Origin: an uncultured Alphaproteobacteria bacterium
GTDB lineage: Bacteria > Pseudomonadota > Alphaproteobacteria > HIMB59 > GCA-002718135
Reading direction: 5' to 3'
Assembly: GCA_902584805.1 (NCBI GenBank)
Contig: CACIBE010000006.1
Span: forward strand, 26,638-90,637
DNA length: 64,000 nucleotides
Below are positions 10,716 through 19,744 of this stretch, piece by piece. Position numbers and translations under genes: made by a program. Below the pieces are notes generated by a model, which was given only the letters and a program-made list of their open reading frames with translations, had not been told where the DNA came from and searched no databases. Each line of letters begins with the position of its first letter. The first letter of the stretch is position 1.

Positions 10716-12179
10716 ATGAAAATATCATTTCTAGGCGCAGGCAGTGTTGGCTTTACCCAAACCCTTGTTCGAGATATTTTAAAAGTAAAAAAACTTCAAA
10801 ATATAGAAATTTCTCTTCACGACATATCTAGAAGTAATTTGTTAATGGTAGCTGAATTAATTCAAAAAGATATAACAGCTAATAACCTTCCAACTAAACT
10901 TAGTATTGATCCAATTAGAAAAGAATCAATAAAAAATGCAAAATATATAATTAGTTGTGTTAGAGTTGGGGGCTTAGAAGCATTTGAGACTGATATATCT
11001 ATTCCTTTAAAATATGGTATCGATCAATGTGTTGGAGATACAATTTGTGCTGGCGGTATAATGTATGGACAACGAAACATTCCAGTTATTTTAGATTTTT
11101 GTAAAGATATAAAAAAATATGCAAAAAAAAATGCTCTTTTCTTAAATTATGCAAATCCTATGGCTATGAATACCTGGGCTGCAAATGAAATTGGTAAAGT
11201 TAATACAATTGGTTTGTGTCATGGAGTACAAGGTGGAGCAAAATTAATTGAAGATTCATTAAACATTCCATTTGGAAAAATGAAATATTCTTGCAGCGGT
11301 ATAAATCACATGACTTGGTATTTGGATTTAAATTATAAAGGTAAAAAAATTACAAAAGACCAGCTTTCTAAATCGTTAAAGAAACATAAAAAATTTTCAA
11401 GAGATGAAAAAGTTAGAATAGATGTTTTAGATAAATTTGGTTATTTTTCTACAGAAAGTAACGGTCATTTGAGCGAATATTTACCATGGTATAGACGTAC
11501 TCAAAAAGATGTGAAGAAATGGAGTAGTCTTTCAAACTGGATACATGGCGAAACAGGTGGTTACTTAAGAGTATGTAATGAAAAAAGAAATTGGTTTGTT
11601 AAGGATTATCCAAAATATTTAAAAAATTCTGGAATTAAACTTAAAGATTACAAAAGATCAACTGAACACGGAAGTTATATAATTGAAGCAATTGAAACTG
11701 GAAAAAAATATAGAGGGCATTTTAATGTTATTAATAAAAAAATAATTTCTAATTTAGATGATGATTGCGTAATTGAGAGTACAGGATACGTAGATTCAAA
11801 AGGTATAAAAATGATTAAAGGAGTAACCTTACCCCTACAATGCGCTTCTCTATGCAGTACTTCAATAGATGTCCAAAGAATGGCTGTAAAGGCAGCAATA
11901 AAAGGAGATATTGAATTATTAAAACTTGCTGTACTGCAAGATCCACTAGTAAGCTCAGTATGTTCATCAGAGGAAGTTTGGCAAATGGTAGATGAGATGC
12001 TTGTAGCACAAGCACAGTGGCTTCCACAATATCAATCAAAAATTAATAGTATTAAAAAGAATCTAAAAAAATTAAAAAGTTATAAATATAATAAAGCAAT
12101 TAAAGGGCTGACTAAAAAAACAAAGCGTAATCAACAAAAAAAGTCAGTTTTAGTCGAAAAAGAAGCATTTAATTTATAA
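10716..12179 (+). CDS. melA: GH4 alpha-galactosidase, Sinorhizobium MelA type
   Basis: GAGSVGFT, YIISCVRVGGLEAF, DQCVGDTICAGG, NYANPMAMNT, GLCHGVQ, GYFSTESNGHLSEY; directly upstream of an AgpA-like binding protein, as in S. meliloti. Confidence 0.85.
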   Translation: MKISFLGAGSVGFTQTLVRDILKVKKLQNIEISLHDISRSNLLMVAELIQKDITANNLPTKLSIDPIRKESIKNAKYIISCVRVGGLEAFETDISIPLKYGIDQCVGDTICAGGIMYGQRNIPVILDFCKDIKKYAKKNALFLNYANPMAMNTWAANEIGKVNTIGLCHGVQGGAKLIEDSLNIPFGKMKYSCSGINHMTWYLDLNYKGKKITKDQLSKSLKKHKKFSRDEKVRIDVLDKFGYFSTESNGHLSEYLPWYRRTQKDVKKWSSLSNWIHGETGGYLRVCNEKRNWFVKDYPKYLKNSGIKLKDYKRSTEHGSYIIEAIETGKKYRGHFNVINKKIISNLDDDCVIESTGYVDSKGIKMIKGVTLPLQCASLCSTSIDVQRMAVKAAIKGDIELLKLAVLQDPLVSSVCSSEEVWQMVDEMLVAQAQWLPQYQSKINSIKKNLKKLKSYKYNKAIKGLTKKTKRNQQKKSVLVEKEAFNL

Positions 12180-12260
12180 ATTATTTAATCAAATCTGAAA
12201 TAGTTCTTCTCAATAATCCAATTTTATTATAGGTTTTTTTAAATTTTAAGTGGAGGAAAG

Positions 12261-14312
12261 ATGAAAAAAAATAAATTTAGATCCACATTACTTGCTAGCG
12301 TAGCATCAGCTACTTTTGCATTAACCAGTACAAATGCGTCTGCTAGACCGGAAGGTGCAATAGCACTTCCATCAGCACCTGCAATTGAAAATATGCAAGA
12401 AGTTCAGTTCATTGGAAGAGATGAATTGATGAGCTATCAAGATATTGGAGACTTTGAATTTTTATATGAGCCAGAATATATTAGTGCTTTAGTTCAAGAA
12501 GGAAAACTCCCACCAATTTGGGAACGTTTACCAAAAAGACCTTTAGTTTTTAATGGAGATGCAATGCCTGATGGTATTGGTCGTTATGGAGGAACTTTTA
12601 GACATACAATTGGCGGAAGACCTGAAGGATGGAACTGGACTGCTTCACAACATCAAGGATGGGGTGGAATTAATTACACAGTTCAAGAATGTCTAACAAG
12701 AAATGGTCCAATGGTAAGATTAAAAGCTGAAGACTCTTATCCTTTACCAAACTTAGCTACTGATTGGGAATGGGATGGAAATAAACTTACTATGAACCTA
12801 ATTGATGGAGCAAAGTGGTCAGATGGTGATCCATTTGATGCAGAAGATGTTCGTTTTTGGTGGGAAGATAACGTTCTAGATGAGAATGTTCCAACAAGAA
12901 TGAATGCAACCACAATGGGAGAAGGGACAACTCTAGAAGTACTTAGTCCTACTCAGATTAGATGGACATTCCCACAAGAGGAACCTAAATTAGTTCTTCA
13001 CTCCATGGCATATATAAATGGATGCCCTGGACCATCACATTTACTTAAAGAACATCACCCTAAATATGGTGGTACGTCTTATGATGATTATGTTCAAGCA
13101 TTCCCTGCTGGACGTTTACCATGGGTTAGCATGGGTGCATGGACTGCTGTTGAATATAAACAAGACGAGGTCGTAATACTTCGTCGTAATCCATACTATT
13201 GGAAAGTTGATAGTAAAGGACAACAACTTCCATATATGAACGAGATGGTGTTCCAGTTAAAAACATGGGGACAAAGAACGGTTGATACCTTAGCAGGTAA
13301 CGCTGACTTCTCGAATATGGAGAACGTACCTTTATACTTAGAAGCTGTTAAAGAGTCTAAGAGTGACGATGCGCAAGCTCAACTATCTTTTAGTGGAAGA
13401 ACTATGGGATATCAACTCGCCATGAACCAAGCAATTGGGTTAGGTGTATTGGATGATCAAATGGCAGCTATTCGAGATCTAAATAGAAATTTAGAATTCA
13501 GAAAAGCTGTTAAGCATGCAATTGATGGTAAAGCATTTGCAAAAGCAATGTCCAAAGGACCATTTGTGACAGTTTATGCAGGCGGTCTTGCTAGAGATAG
13601 TGCTTTCTTTGATGCAGATGCTACTTCATTTTTCCCTTATAATCCAGCAGGTGCAAATTCTATACTTGATGGATTAGGTCTTATAGATACTGATGGTAAC
13701 GGAATTCGAAACCTTCCAAATGGAGGTGGAGATCTAGTTATTAATTTAGTTCAAAATAAAGGCAGTGATAATGAAATGTTGATTGGCGATGGAATGGCAA
13801 CTATGATGGCTGAAGTTGGTATTAAAATTAATATTAAACCAATGGAAGATACTGAGCCAACAAGACAAGCAGGTGAATGGGATTGGTTACTTGTAAGATC
13901 TCAACAAGAAATGGCCTTCCCTAATTCGGGTTATTGGTCAGATATGGGTCCTGTAACTACGTCTTCATTTGATCCTCACTTAGGAACTGATGAACACCCT
14001 CAACAACTTCAACCATTTGAGAAAGAAATCGTAAGTATTCTTGAAGAGTGGAGAGATGGTGTTGAAGGAGCAGAGGCTCAAGCATTAATGTCTCGCTATC
14101 AGAAACTATTTACAGAAAATGTTTATATGCCTGGTATAGTTCAATATCCAACAGCACTTTTGATAAATAAAAGAATTCAAAACTTAGCTGATGGAATGCC
14201 TGTTTTAGCTTATCAATGGGCTGAAGATACAGTTATCCGTGAACAATTCTGGGTTTATCAATATGATCAATTAGATGAACTTTTCCCCGGAAGAGTTCCT
14301 GGTATTGATTAA
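12261..14312 (+). CDS. agpA: Periplasmic alpha-galactoside-binding protein (SBP family 5), AgpA-like
   Basis: Signal peptide; GKLPPIWERLP, G.YGGT.R, KWSDGDPF.AEDV.F, RNPYYWKVD..GQQLPY, DTDGNG; 683 aa; melA-agp context; GGAGGA SD at 12252-12257. Confidence 0.82.
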   Translation: MKKNKFRSTLLASVASATFALTSTNASARPEGAIALPSAPAIENMQEVQFIGRDELMSYQDIGDFEFLYEPEYISALVQEGKLPPIWERLPKRPLVFNGDAMPDGIGRYGGTFRHTIGGRPEGWNWTASQHQGWGGINYTVQECLTRNGPMVRLKAEDSYPLPNLATDWEWDGNKLTMNLIDGAKWSDGDPFDAEDVRFWWEDNVLDENVPTRMNATTMGEGTTLEVLSPTQIRWTFPQEEPKLVLHSMAYINGCPGPSHLLKEHHPKYGGTSYDDYVQAFPAGRLPWVSMGAWTAVEYKQDEVVILRRNPYYWKVDSKGQQLPYMNEMVFQLKTWGQRTVDTLAGNADFSNMENVPLYLEAVKESKSDDAQAQLSFSGRTMGYQLAMNQAIGLGVLDDQMAAIRDLNRNLEFRKAVKHAIDGKAFAKAMSKGPFVTVYAGGLARDSAFFDADATSFFPYNPAGANSILDGLGLIDTDGNGIRNLPNGGGDLVINLVQNKGSDNEMLIGDGMATMMAEVGIKINIKPMEDTEPTRQAGEWDWLLVRSQQEMAFPNSGYWSDMGPVTTSSFDPHLGTDEHPQQLQPFEKEIVSILEEWRDGVEGAEAQALMSRYQKLFTENVYMPGIVQYPTALLINKRIQNLADGMPVLAYQWAEDTVIREQFWVYQYDQLDELFPGRVPGID

Positions 14313-14322
14313 TAAACTTCTT

Positions 14323-14349
14323 AGTAAGGGGCTATTTAAGCCCCTTACT
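14323..14349 (+). terminator. Strong hairpin after agpA (terminator/attenuator or mRNA stabiliser)
   Basis: AGTAAGGGGCT-attta-AGCCCCTTACT, 11-bp perfect stem followed by T-rich sequence. Confidence 0.8.
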
Positions 14350-14362
14350 TTATTTAAAAAAA

Positions 14363-15361
14363 ATGCTTTCATTTATATTTAGAAGAATTCTTTATTCACT
14401 TCCGCTACTGTTCGTAATCAGTATTATAATTTTTTTTATTATTGAATTACCACCTGGTGATTATGCAACATGGTATGTTAGTCAAACTAAAGCTTTAGCA
14501 AATATCACACAAGAACAAGCTTTAGAACTAACAATAATGTTGAGAGAAAAATACGGACTTAATGAACCATTAGTAATAAGATATTTCAATTGGATTAAAA
14601 ATATTGTTTTAAATTTCGATTTTGGTTTTTCCATGCATTACAACAAACCTGTCAGTGAAATGTTAGGCGATAGATTACCTCGAACTTTAGCAATAGCATT
14701 AATTTGTCATTTTTTTGCTACAACAATTGGTGTTTTTATCGGAATTTATGCTGCAAAAAATCAAAATAAGTTAGGTGATAATGTAGCCACTATCTTCGCT
14801 TTTTTAGGAATGACCATTCCACGTTTCTTTCTAGCATTACTAATTATGTATTGGTTAGCAATTGTTCTAAATTCGGATAACACTGGATCAATGTACTCTC
14901 CGTACTACGCTGTTCAACCAATGTCATTTGCAAAACTATGGAATGGCATACTTCATATTTGGCCAATATTTGTCATCGCAATTATCGGAGGTCTTGCATA
15001 CAATATGAGAGTAATGCGAGGAAATTTATTAGATGTAATGCGTATGCAATATATTGAAACAGCAAGAGCAAAAGGTTTGTCTGAAAATCAAACATTATAC
15101 CGTCATGCTGTACCAAATGCTTTGCATCCCCTTGTAATGTTCCAGGGTATTGCTTTACCCTATATGCTAATGGGTGAACTAGAAGCTGCGATCGTTTTAT
15201 CTATTCCAACTGCGGGACCACTTTTAGTAGAATCTATTCAAAGACAAGACACTTATACTACTGCAGCAATTTTATTTTGCTTAACAGTAATATTAATTGT
15301 TGGAAATATCATTGCTGATATTTTGCTAGCAATTTTAGATCCTCGTGTAAGACAGAATTAA
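14363..15361 (+). CDS. ABC permease, OppB/DppB-type (AgpB-like)
   Basis: Multiple TM segments, YIETARAKGL EAA-like loop, RHAVPNA, LDPRVR C-terminus. Confidence 0.9.
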   Translation: MLSFIFRRILYSLPLLFVISIIIFFIIELPPGDYATWYVSQTKALANITQEQALELTIMLREKYGLNEPLVIRYFNWIKNIVLNFDFGFSMHYNKPVSEMLGDRLPRTLAIALICHFFATTIGVFIGIYAAKNQNKLGDNVATIFAFLGMTIPRFFLALLIMYWLAIVLNSDNTGSMYSPYYAVQPMSFAKLWNGILHIWPIFVIAIIGGLAYNMRVMRGNLLDVMRMQYIETARAKGLSENQTLYRHAVPNALHPLVMFQGIALPYMLMGELEAAIVLSIPTAGPLLVESIQRQDTYTTAAILFCLTVILIVGNIIADILLAILDPRVRQN

Positions 15362-15366
15362 ATATT

Positions 15367-16470
15367 ATGGAAACAACTTCAAACTTACAAAATTCATATT
15401 TTTCACTAGTAAGAAAAAGATTTTTAAAAAACAGAGTTGGAATATTAGGCTTAATTTTTGTAGGCTTTTTAATTTTCTCTGCTGTTTTTGCAGATTTTTT
15501 ATCTCCATATGATCCAGCAGCAAGAGACAGTGATAGAGTTTTTTATCCACCTCAGGGAATACATTTCTTTGATGAAGATAATAATTTTTCGTTAAGACCT
15601 TTCGCTTATGGCTTTACTGAAGGATTTGATCCTGACACATATCTTCCAATAATGGAGATTGATTATACTCAAAAAAACTATCTTTATTTTTTTACTAGAG
15701 GATGGGAATATAAGTTTCTAGGCTTAAATTTGGACTTACATTTATTTACTACTAAAGACGGGTCTAAAGTTTTTTTTATTGGATCAGACGCCTATGGAAG
15801 GGATATGTTATCAAGAATTTTTAAGGGAAGTAGGGTAACGCTATTATTCGCTCTCATAGTTGTAAGTATAACAACTTTTATTGGTATTTTAGTTGGAATT
15901 AGCTCAGGTTATTTTTCAGGAAAATTTGATATAGCTTCACAAAGAGTTACGGAACTTGCTTTAGCTTTTCCAGATCTACCTTTGTATTTATCCTTGGTAG
16001 CAATTCTTCCAAGGCAAATGGATCCATTTCTGATTTTTATCTTTATGGCATTTATTTTATCCTCTTTACGGTGGGCTCAACTATCAAGAGAGGTCCGAGG
16101 AAAAACCCTTTCTTTAAGAAGATTAGACTATATTAAAGCAGCTGAAGCTTTAGGCTCCAATGATCTAAGAATTATTTATAGACATCTACTTCCTAATGTA
16201 ACAAGTCACGTTATAGTAAGTGTTTCTTTATTGATACCTTCTGTAATTTTGACAGAAAGTTTTTTTAGCTTTTTAGGTTTAGGCATTCAATCTCCATTTG
16301 TTAGTTGGGGTCTTCAATTAAATTCTGCTCAAGATATGCGAACAATTGGAAGTTATCCTTGGGTTTTAAGTCCTGTCTTTGCAATCTTAATTTCAGTTTT
16401 AGGATTTAATGCTTTGGGTGATGCTTTACGCGATGCAATTGATCCATATGCAACAACAACAAAAAAATAA
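15367..16470 (+). CDS. ABC permease, OppC/DppC-type (AgpC-like)
   Basis: GSDAYGRDMLSR, YIKAAEALG, FSFLGLG, FNALGDALRDAIDP. Confidence 0.9.
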   Translation: METTSNLQNSYFSLVRKRFLKNRVGILGLIFVGFLIFSAVFADFLSPYDPAARDSDRVFYPPQGIHFFDEDNNFSLRPFAYGFTEGFDPDTYLPIMEIDYTQKNYLYFFTRGWEYKFLGLNLDLHLFTTKDGSKVFFIGSDAYGRDMLSRIFKGSRVTLLFALIVVSITTFIGILVGISSGYFSGKFDIASQRVTELALAFPDLPLYLSLVAILPRQMDPFLIFIFMAFILSSLRWAQLSREVRGKTLSLRRLDYIKAAEALGSNDLRIIYRHLLPNVTSHVIVSVSLLIPSVILTESFFSFLGLGIQSPFVSWGLQLNSAQDMRTIGSYPWVLSPVFAILISVLGFNALGDALRDAIDPYATTTKK

Positions 16471-18092
16471 TGACTAATCTTGTTGAAATTGAAAATCTTC
16501 AAGTAAAGTTTAATACAGATAGCGGTGAAGTAAATGCAGTGAATGGCATATCCTTTAATATTAAAAAGGGCGAAACATTAGCACTAGTAGGAGAGAGTGG
16601 GTCTGGTAAATCTGTTACTGCTAGAGGAATTATTCGATTACTTGCAGAAAATGCAATTATATCTGATCAAACATCAATAAAGTTTAATGGTACAAATATA
16701 AATTCTTATTCTGAAAAAGAGTATCAAAATATTAGAGGAAAAAATATTTCAATGATTTTTCAAGAACCAATGAGTTCTTTAAATCCAATATATACAATTG
16801 AAAACCAAATTAGTGAGGTTTTAAAAATTCATGGAAAATTTTCAGATAAAGAACTCAAAGAAAAATGTCTTGAATTACTAAAACAAGTTCAAATTCCAGA
16901 ACCAGAGTCTAGATTATCACAGTATCCACATCAATTGTCAGGAGGACAAAGACAAAGAATTATGATTGCTATCGCCATAGCTAATAATCCAGATTTACTT
17001 ATTGCAGATGAGCCAACTACTGCTCTTGATGTTACAGTTCAAACAGAGATACTTAAATTACTTCAAAGTCTTCAACAAAAATATCAAATGTCCATTTTAT
17101 TTATTACTCATGATCTGACTATTGTCAGACAAATAAGTGATAGAGTTTGTGTAATGTATAATGGAAAAATTAAAGAAACAGGCATTACAAAAGAAATTTT
17201 TGAAAATCCAAAAGATGATTATACAAAACATTTATTGTCATCAGAGCCAGAAGAAAGAGATTTACATTATGATAAAAATGGAAGAAGCATCCTTTCAGGA
17301 GAAAATCTTAATGTAACATTTAATACTAAAGTAAAAGTATCAGGTAGAAATAAAGTTTTATCAATTAACGCTGTAAATAATATCAGTCTTGATCTTAAAG
17401 AAGGTGAGACTCTTGGAATTGTTGGCGAAAGTGGATCTGGTAAAACTACTTTAGGTCAAACATTATTAAGGTTAGTTGATAGAGAATCTAACACAGATGT
17501 AGAAGGTGAAATTAAGTTTTTTGATGATAGAATTGACCGTTTATCTCGAAAGCAATTTAAGCCATTTAGAAATCAAATGCAGATAGTTTTTCAAGATCCA
17601 TATGCATCTTTAAATCCACGATTGTCTGTTAAACAAATTATAGAAGAGGGATTAATTGTAGCACTTAATATGAAAGATAAAAACGAACGGCTAAATAAAA
17701 TTGAAAACATAATGAGTGAGGTTGGTTTAGAACCTAGCTCCATGCTTAGATTTCCTCATGAGTTTTCTGGAGGCCAAAGACAAAGAATAGCTATAGCAAG
17801 ATCATTTGTCTTAAATCCAAAATTTGTCTTATTGGATGAGCCAACATCTGCTCTTGATTTATCTATTCAAAAACAAATTCTAGAACTATTACTTCAACTC
17901 CAAAAAAATCACAAAACTACTTATATTTTTATCAGTCATGATTTAAGAGTTATTAGATCAATAAGCCACAATTTAATCGTTATGAAAGATGGTTCGATTC
18001 TAGAACAAGGTGTGGCAAAAAATATATTAACCAACCCTCAGAATGATTATACAAAGAATTTAATAAAATCTGCTTTTGATATTATTTATTAA
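16470..18092 (+). CDS. ABC ATPase with two fused nucleotide-binding domains (OppD/F-type, AgpD-like)
   Basis: Two Walker A motifs (GESGSGKS, GESGSGKT), two signatures (LSGGQRQR, FSGGQRQR), two DEPT motifs. Confidence 0.93.
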   Translation: MTNLVEIENLQVKFNTDSGEVNAVNGISFNIKKGETLALVGESGSGKSVTARGIIRLLAENAIISDQTSIKFNGTNINSYSEKEYQNIRGKNISMIFQEPMSSLNPIYTIENQISEVLKIHGKFSDKELKEKCLELLKQVQIPEPESRLSQYPHQLSGGQRQRIMIAIAIANNPDLLIADEPTTALDVTVQTEILKLLQSLQQKYQMSILFITHDLTIVRQISDRVCVMYNGKIKETGITKEIFENPKDDYTKHLLSSEPEERDLHYDKNGRSILSGENLNVTFNTKVKVSGRNKVLSINAVNNISLDLKEGETLGIVGESGSGKTTLGQTLLRLVDRESNTDVEGEIKFFDDRIDRLSRKQFKPFRNQMQIVFQDPYASLNPRLSVKQIIEEGLIVALNMKDKNERLNKIENIMSEVGLEPSSMLRFPHEFSGGQRQRIAIARSFVLNPKFVLLDEPTSALDLSIQKQILELLLQLQKNHKTTYIFISHDLRVIRSISHNLIVMKDGSILEQGVAKNILTNPQNDYTKNLIKSAFDIIY

Positions 18093-19618
18093 TGAGGAAA
18101 TTAAAAAACGTAACTATCCTAGGCGCAGGCACCGCCGGTTGGATTTCTGCATATATTCTAAGTGATTTTTTTTACATAAATAAACAAAATGTAAAAGTAA
18201 CAATTGTTGATCCTTCAAGCATTCCTATAATTGGTGTTGGAGAAGGAACAACCGGAATATTTTATGATTTTTTAAAAAGATATAATTTAGACGAACTAGA
18301 CTTTTTAAGAGAAACAAAAGCTACTCTAAAGTTTGGGATTGTTCATAAAGACTGGAAAGAATTAAATCATCAATATTATGGACCAATTGATGACCCACAT
18401 TTGTTAGCATCTAAAAAAGACCCTGAAGATTTTGAATATTTAAATGTTTATGCAGTTGCTGCAGGTCGATCTGTTGCTGATGTGCATTTACACACAAAAC
18501 TAATGGAAACAAATAAAGTTCCTTTCAATCTTGAAAATAGCAGACCCGATTTAAAAAGCCCTTTTTTCTATGCTTATCATTTTGATAATCATCTTGTTGG
18601 AAATTATTTAAGAAAAAGATCAAAAAATATAGAGATTCTTGATGAAGTCTATACGCATGCTTCATTAAATGAAAATGGAGAAATTGAAAAACTTCATTTT
18701 GAAAGTGGTAAAGAAATTGAAACTGATTTAGTTCTTGATTGTACAGGCTTCAGAAAACTCCTCATAAATAAATTATATAATGTTGGATGGAAATCTTATC
18801 AAAAAAATTTACCAGTAAATAGAGCTATGCCTTTCTTTTTAAAATTAGATGAAAAAAATATTAGTAATTATACTTTAGCTTGGGCACAAAAAAATGGTTG
18901 GATGTGGCAAATACCAACTCAAGAAAGAATTGGTGCTGGTTATGTATATTGTGATAATTTTACAAGTCCAGAAGAAGCTAAGATTGAAATAGAGAAAGTC
19001 TTAGGTCATGAAATAGAACCAAGAAACGATATTAAATTTACTTCGGGTAGAATAGAAAAATCATGGGTAAAAAATTGTATTGCCATAGGATTAGCTTCTG
19101 GTTTTCTTGAGCCATTAGAAGCCACTTCAATTCATAGCACTCTAATACAAATGATTTTGTTTGCAACTGATTACCTCAAAGAAGAAATGGATTTTAATAA
19201 TGAAAAAATAATGGATGAGTTTAATGATAGAGTTGGACGTCAGTTTGATGATTTTATGATCTTTCTTAATACTCATTATGTGTCCAATAGAGATGATAGT
19301 GATTTTTGGAAATATGTTAAAAATGAATGTATTCACGAAGACACTTTGAACCTTATTAATAAATGGAAAAATCAATTACCTAGAATGAGTGATTTTGAAT
19401 TGTATCTTTCAGGTCTTCCTCATGTTCAGTCACAACTTTATTATCCTGTTTTAGATGGCCTAGGCTTACTTCAAAAAGATGTTGCAAGGGAAGAAATGAA
19501 TAATTTTAACTTAAAGCCCTTTGCAAGAGATGAATATAAAAGATTTAATGATCAGTATGATGATCAAATGAAAAGATTTATAAAGCACAATGATTATTTA
19601 GAATATGCATCACTTTAA
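18092..19618 (+). CDS. Flavin-dependent halogenase, tryptophan-halogenase (PrnA) family
   Basis: GAGTAG, IGVGEGT, ATLK80FGI (PrnA K79 equivalent), AYHFD, DCTGF, WMWQIP (WxWxIP), GFLEPLEATSIH. Confidence 0.88.
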   Translation: MRKLKNVTILGAGTAGWISAYILSDFFYINKQNVKVTIVDPSSIPIIGVGEGTTGIFYDFLKRYNLDELDFLRETKATLKFGIVHKDWKELNHQYYGPIDDPHLLASKKDPEDFEYLNVYAVAAGRSVADVHLHTKLMETNKVPFNLENSRPDLKSPFFYAYHFDNHLVGNYLRKRSKNIEILDEVYTHASLNENGEIEKLHFESGKEIETDLVLDCTGFRKLLINKLYNVGWKSYQKNLPVNRAMPFFLKLDEKNISNYTLAWAQKNGWMWQIPTQERIGAGYVYCDNFTSPEEAKIEIEKVLGHEIEPRNDIKFTSGRIEKSWVKNCIAIGLASGFLEPLEATSIHSTLIQMILFATDYLKEEMDFNNEKIMDEFNDRVGRQFDDFMIFLNTHYVSNRDDSDFWKYVKNECIHEDTLNLINKWKNQLPRMSDFELYLSGLPHVQSQLYYPVLDGLGLLQKDVAREEMNNFNLKPFARDEYKRFNDQYDDQMKRFIKHNDYLEYASL

Positions 19619-19667
19619 TAAATTAAAGCTTAATATTCATTTGTTTTACATGTATACGCAATATTTA

Positions 19668-19744
19668 GGGCTCTTAGCTCAGTTGGTTAGAGCGCCCCGC
19701 TCATAACGGGGTGGTCCGGGGTTCAAGTCCCTGAGGGCCCACCA
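19668..19744 (+). tRNA. tRNA with CAT anticodon, most likely tRNA-Ile2 (lysidine-modified); encoded CCA
   Basis: GGGCTCT acceptor stem pairing AGGGCCC + ACCA, D arm GCTC..GAGC, anticodon arm CCCCG-CTCATAA-CGGGG, T loop GTTCAAGTC; paired G1-C72 excludes initiator, and the GGGC acceptor resembles Ile2 more than elongator Met. Confidence 0.9.

Noticed and set aside
19668-19744. tRNA-Met assignment, and the tRNA as the attachment site of an integrated element
   Set aside because: The acceptor stem fits Ile2 better than initiator or elongator Met; no integrase and no duplicate of the tRNA 3' end was noticed in the window.
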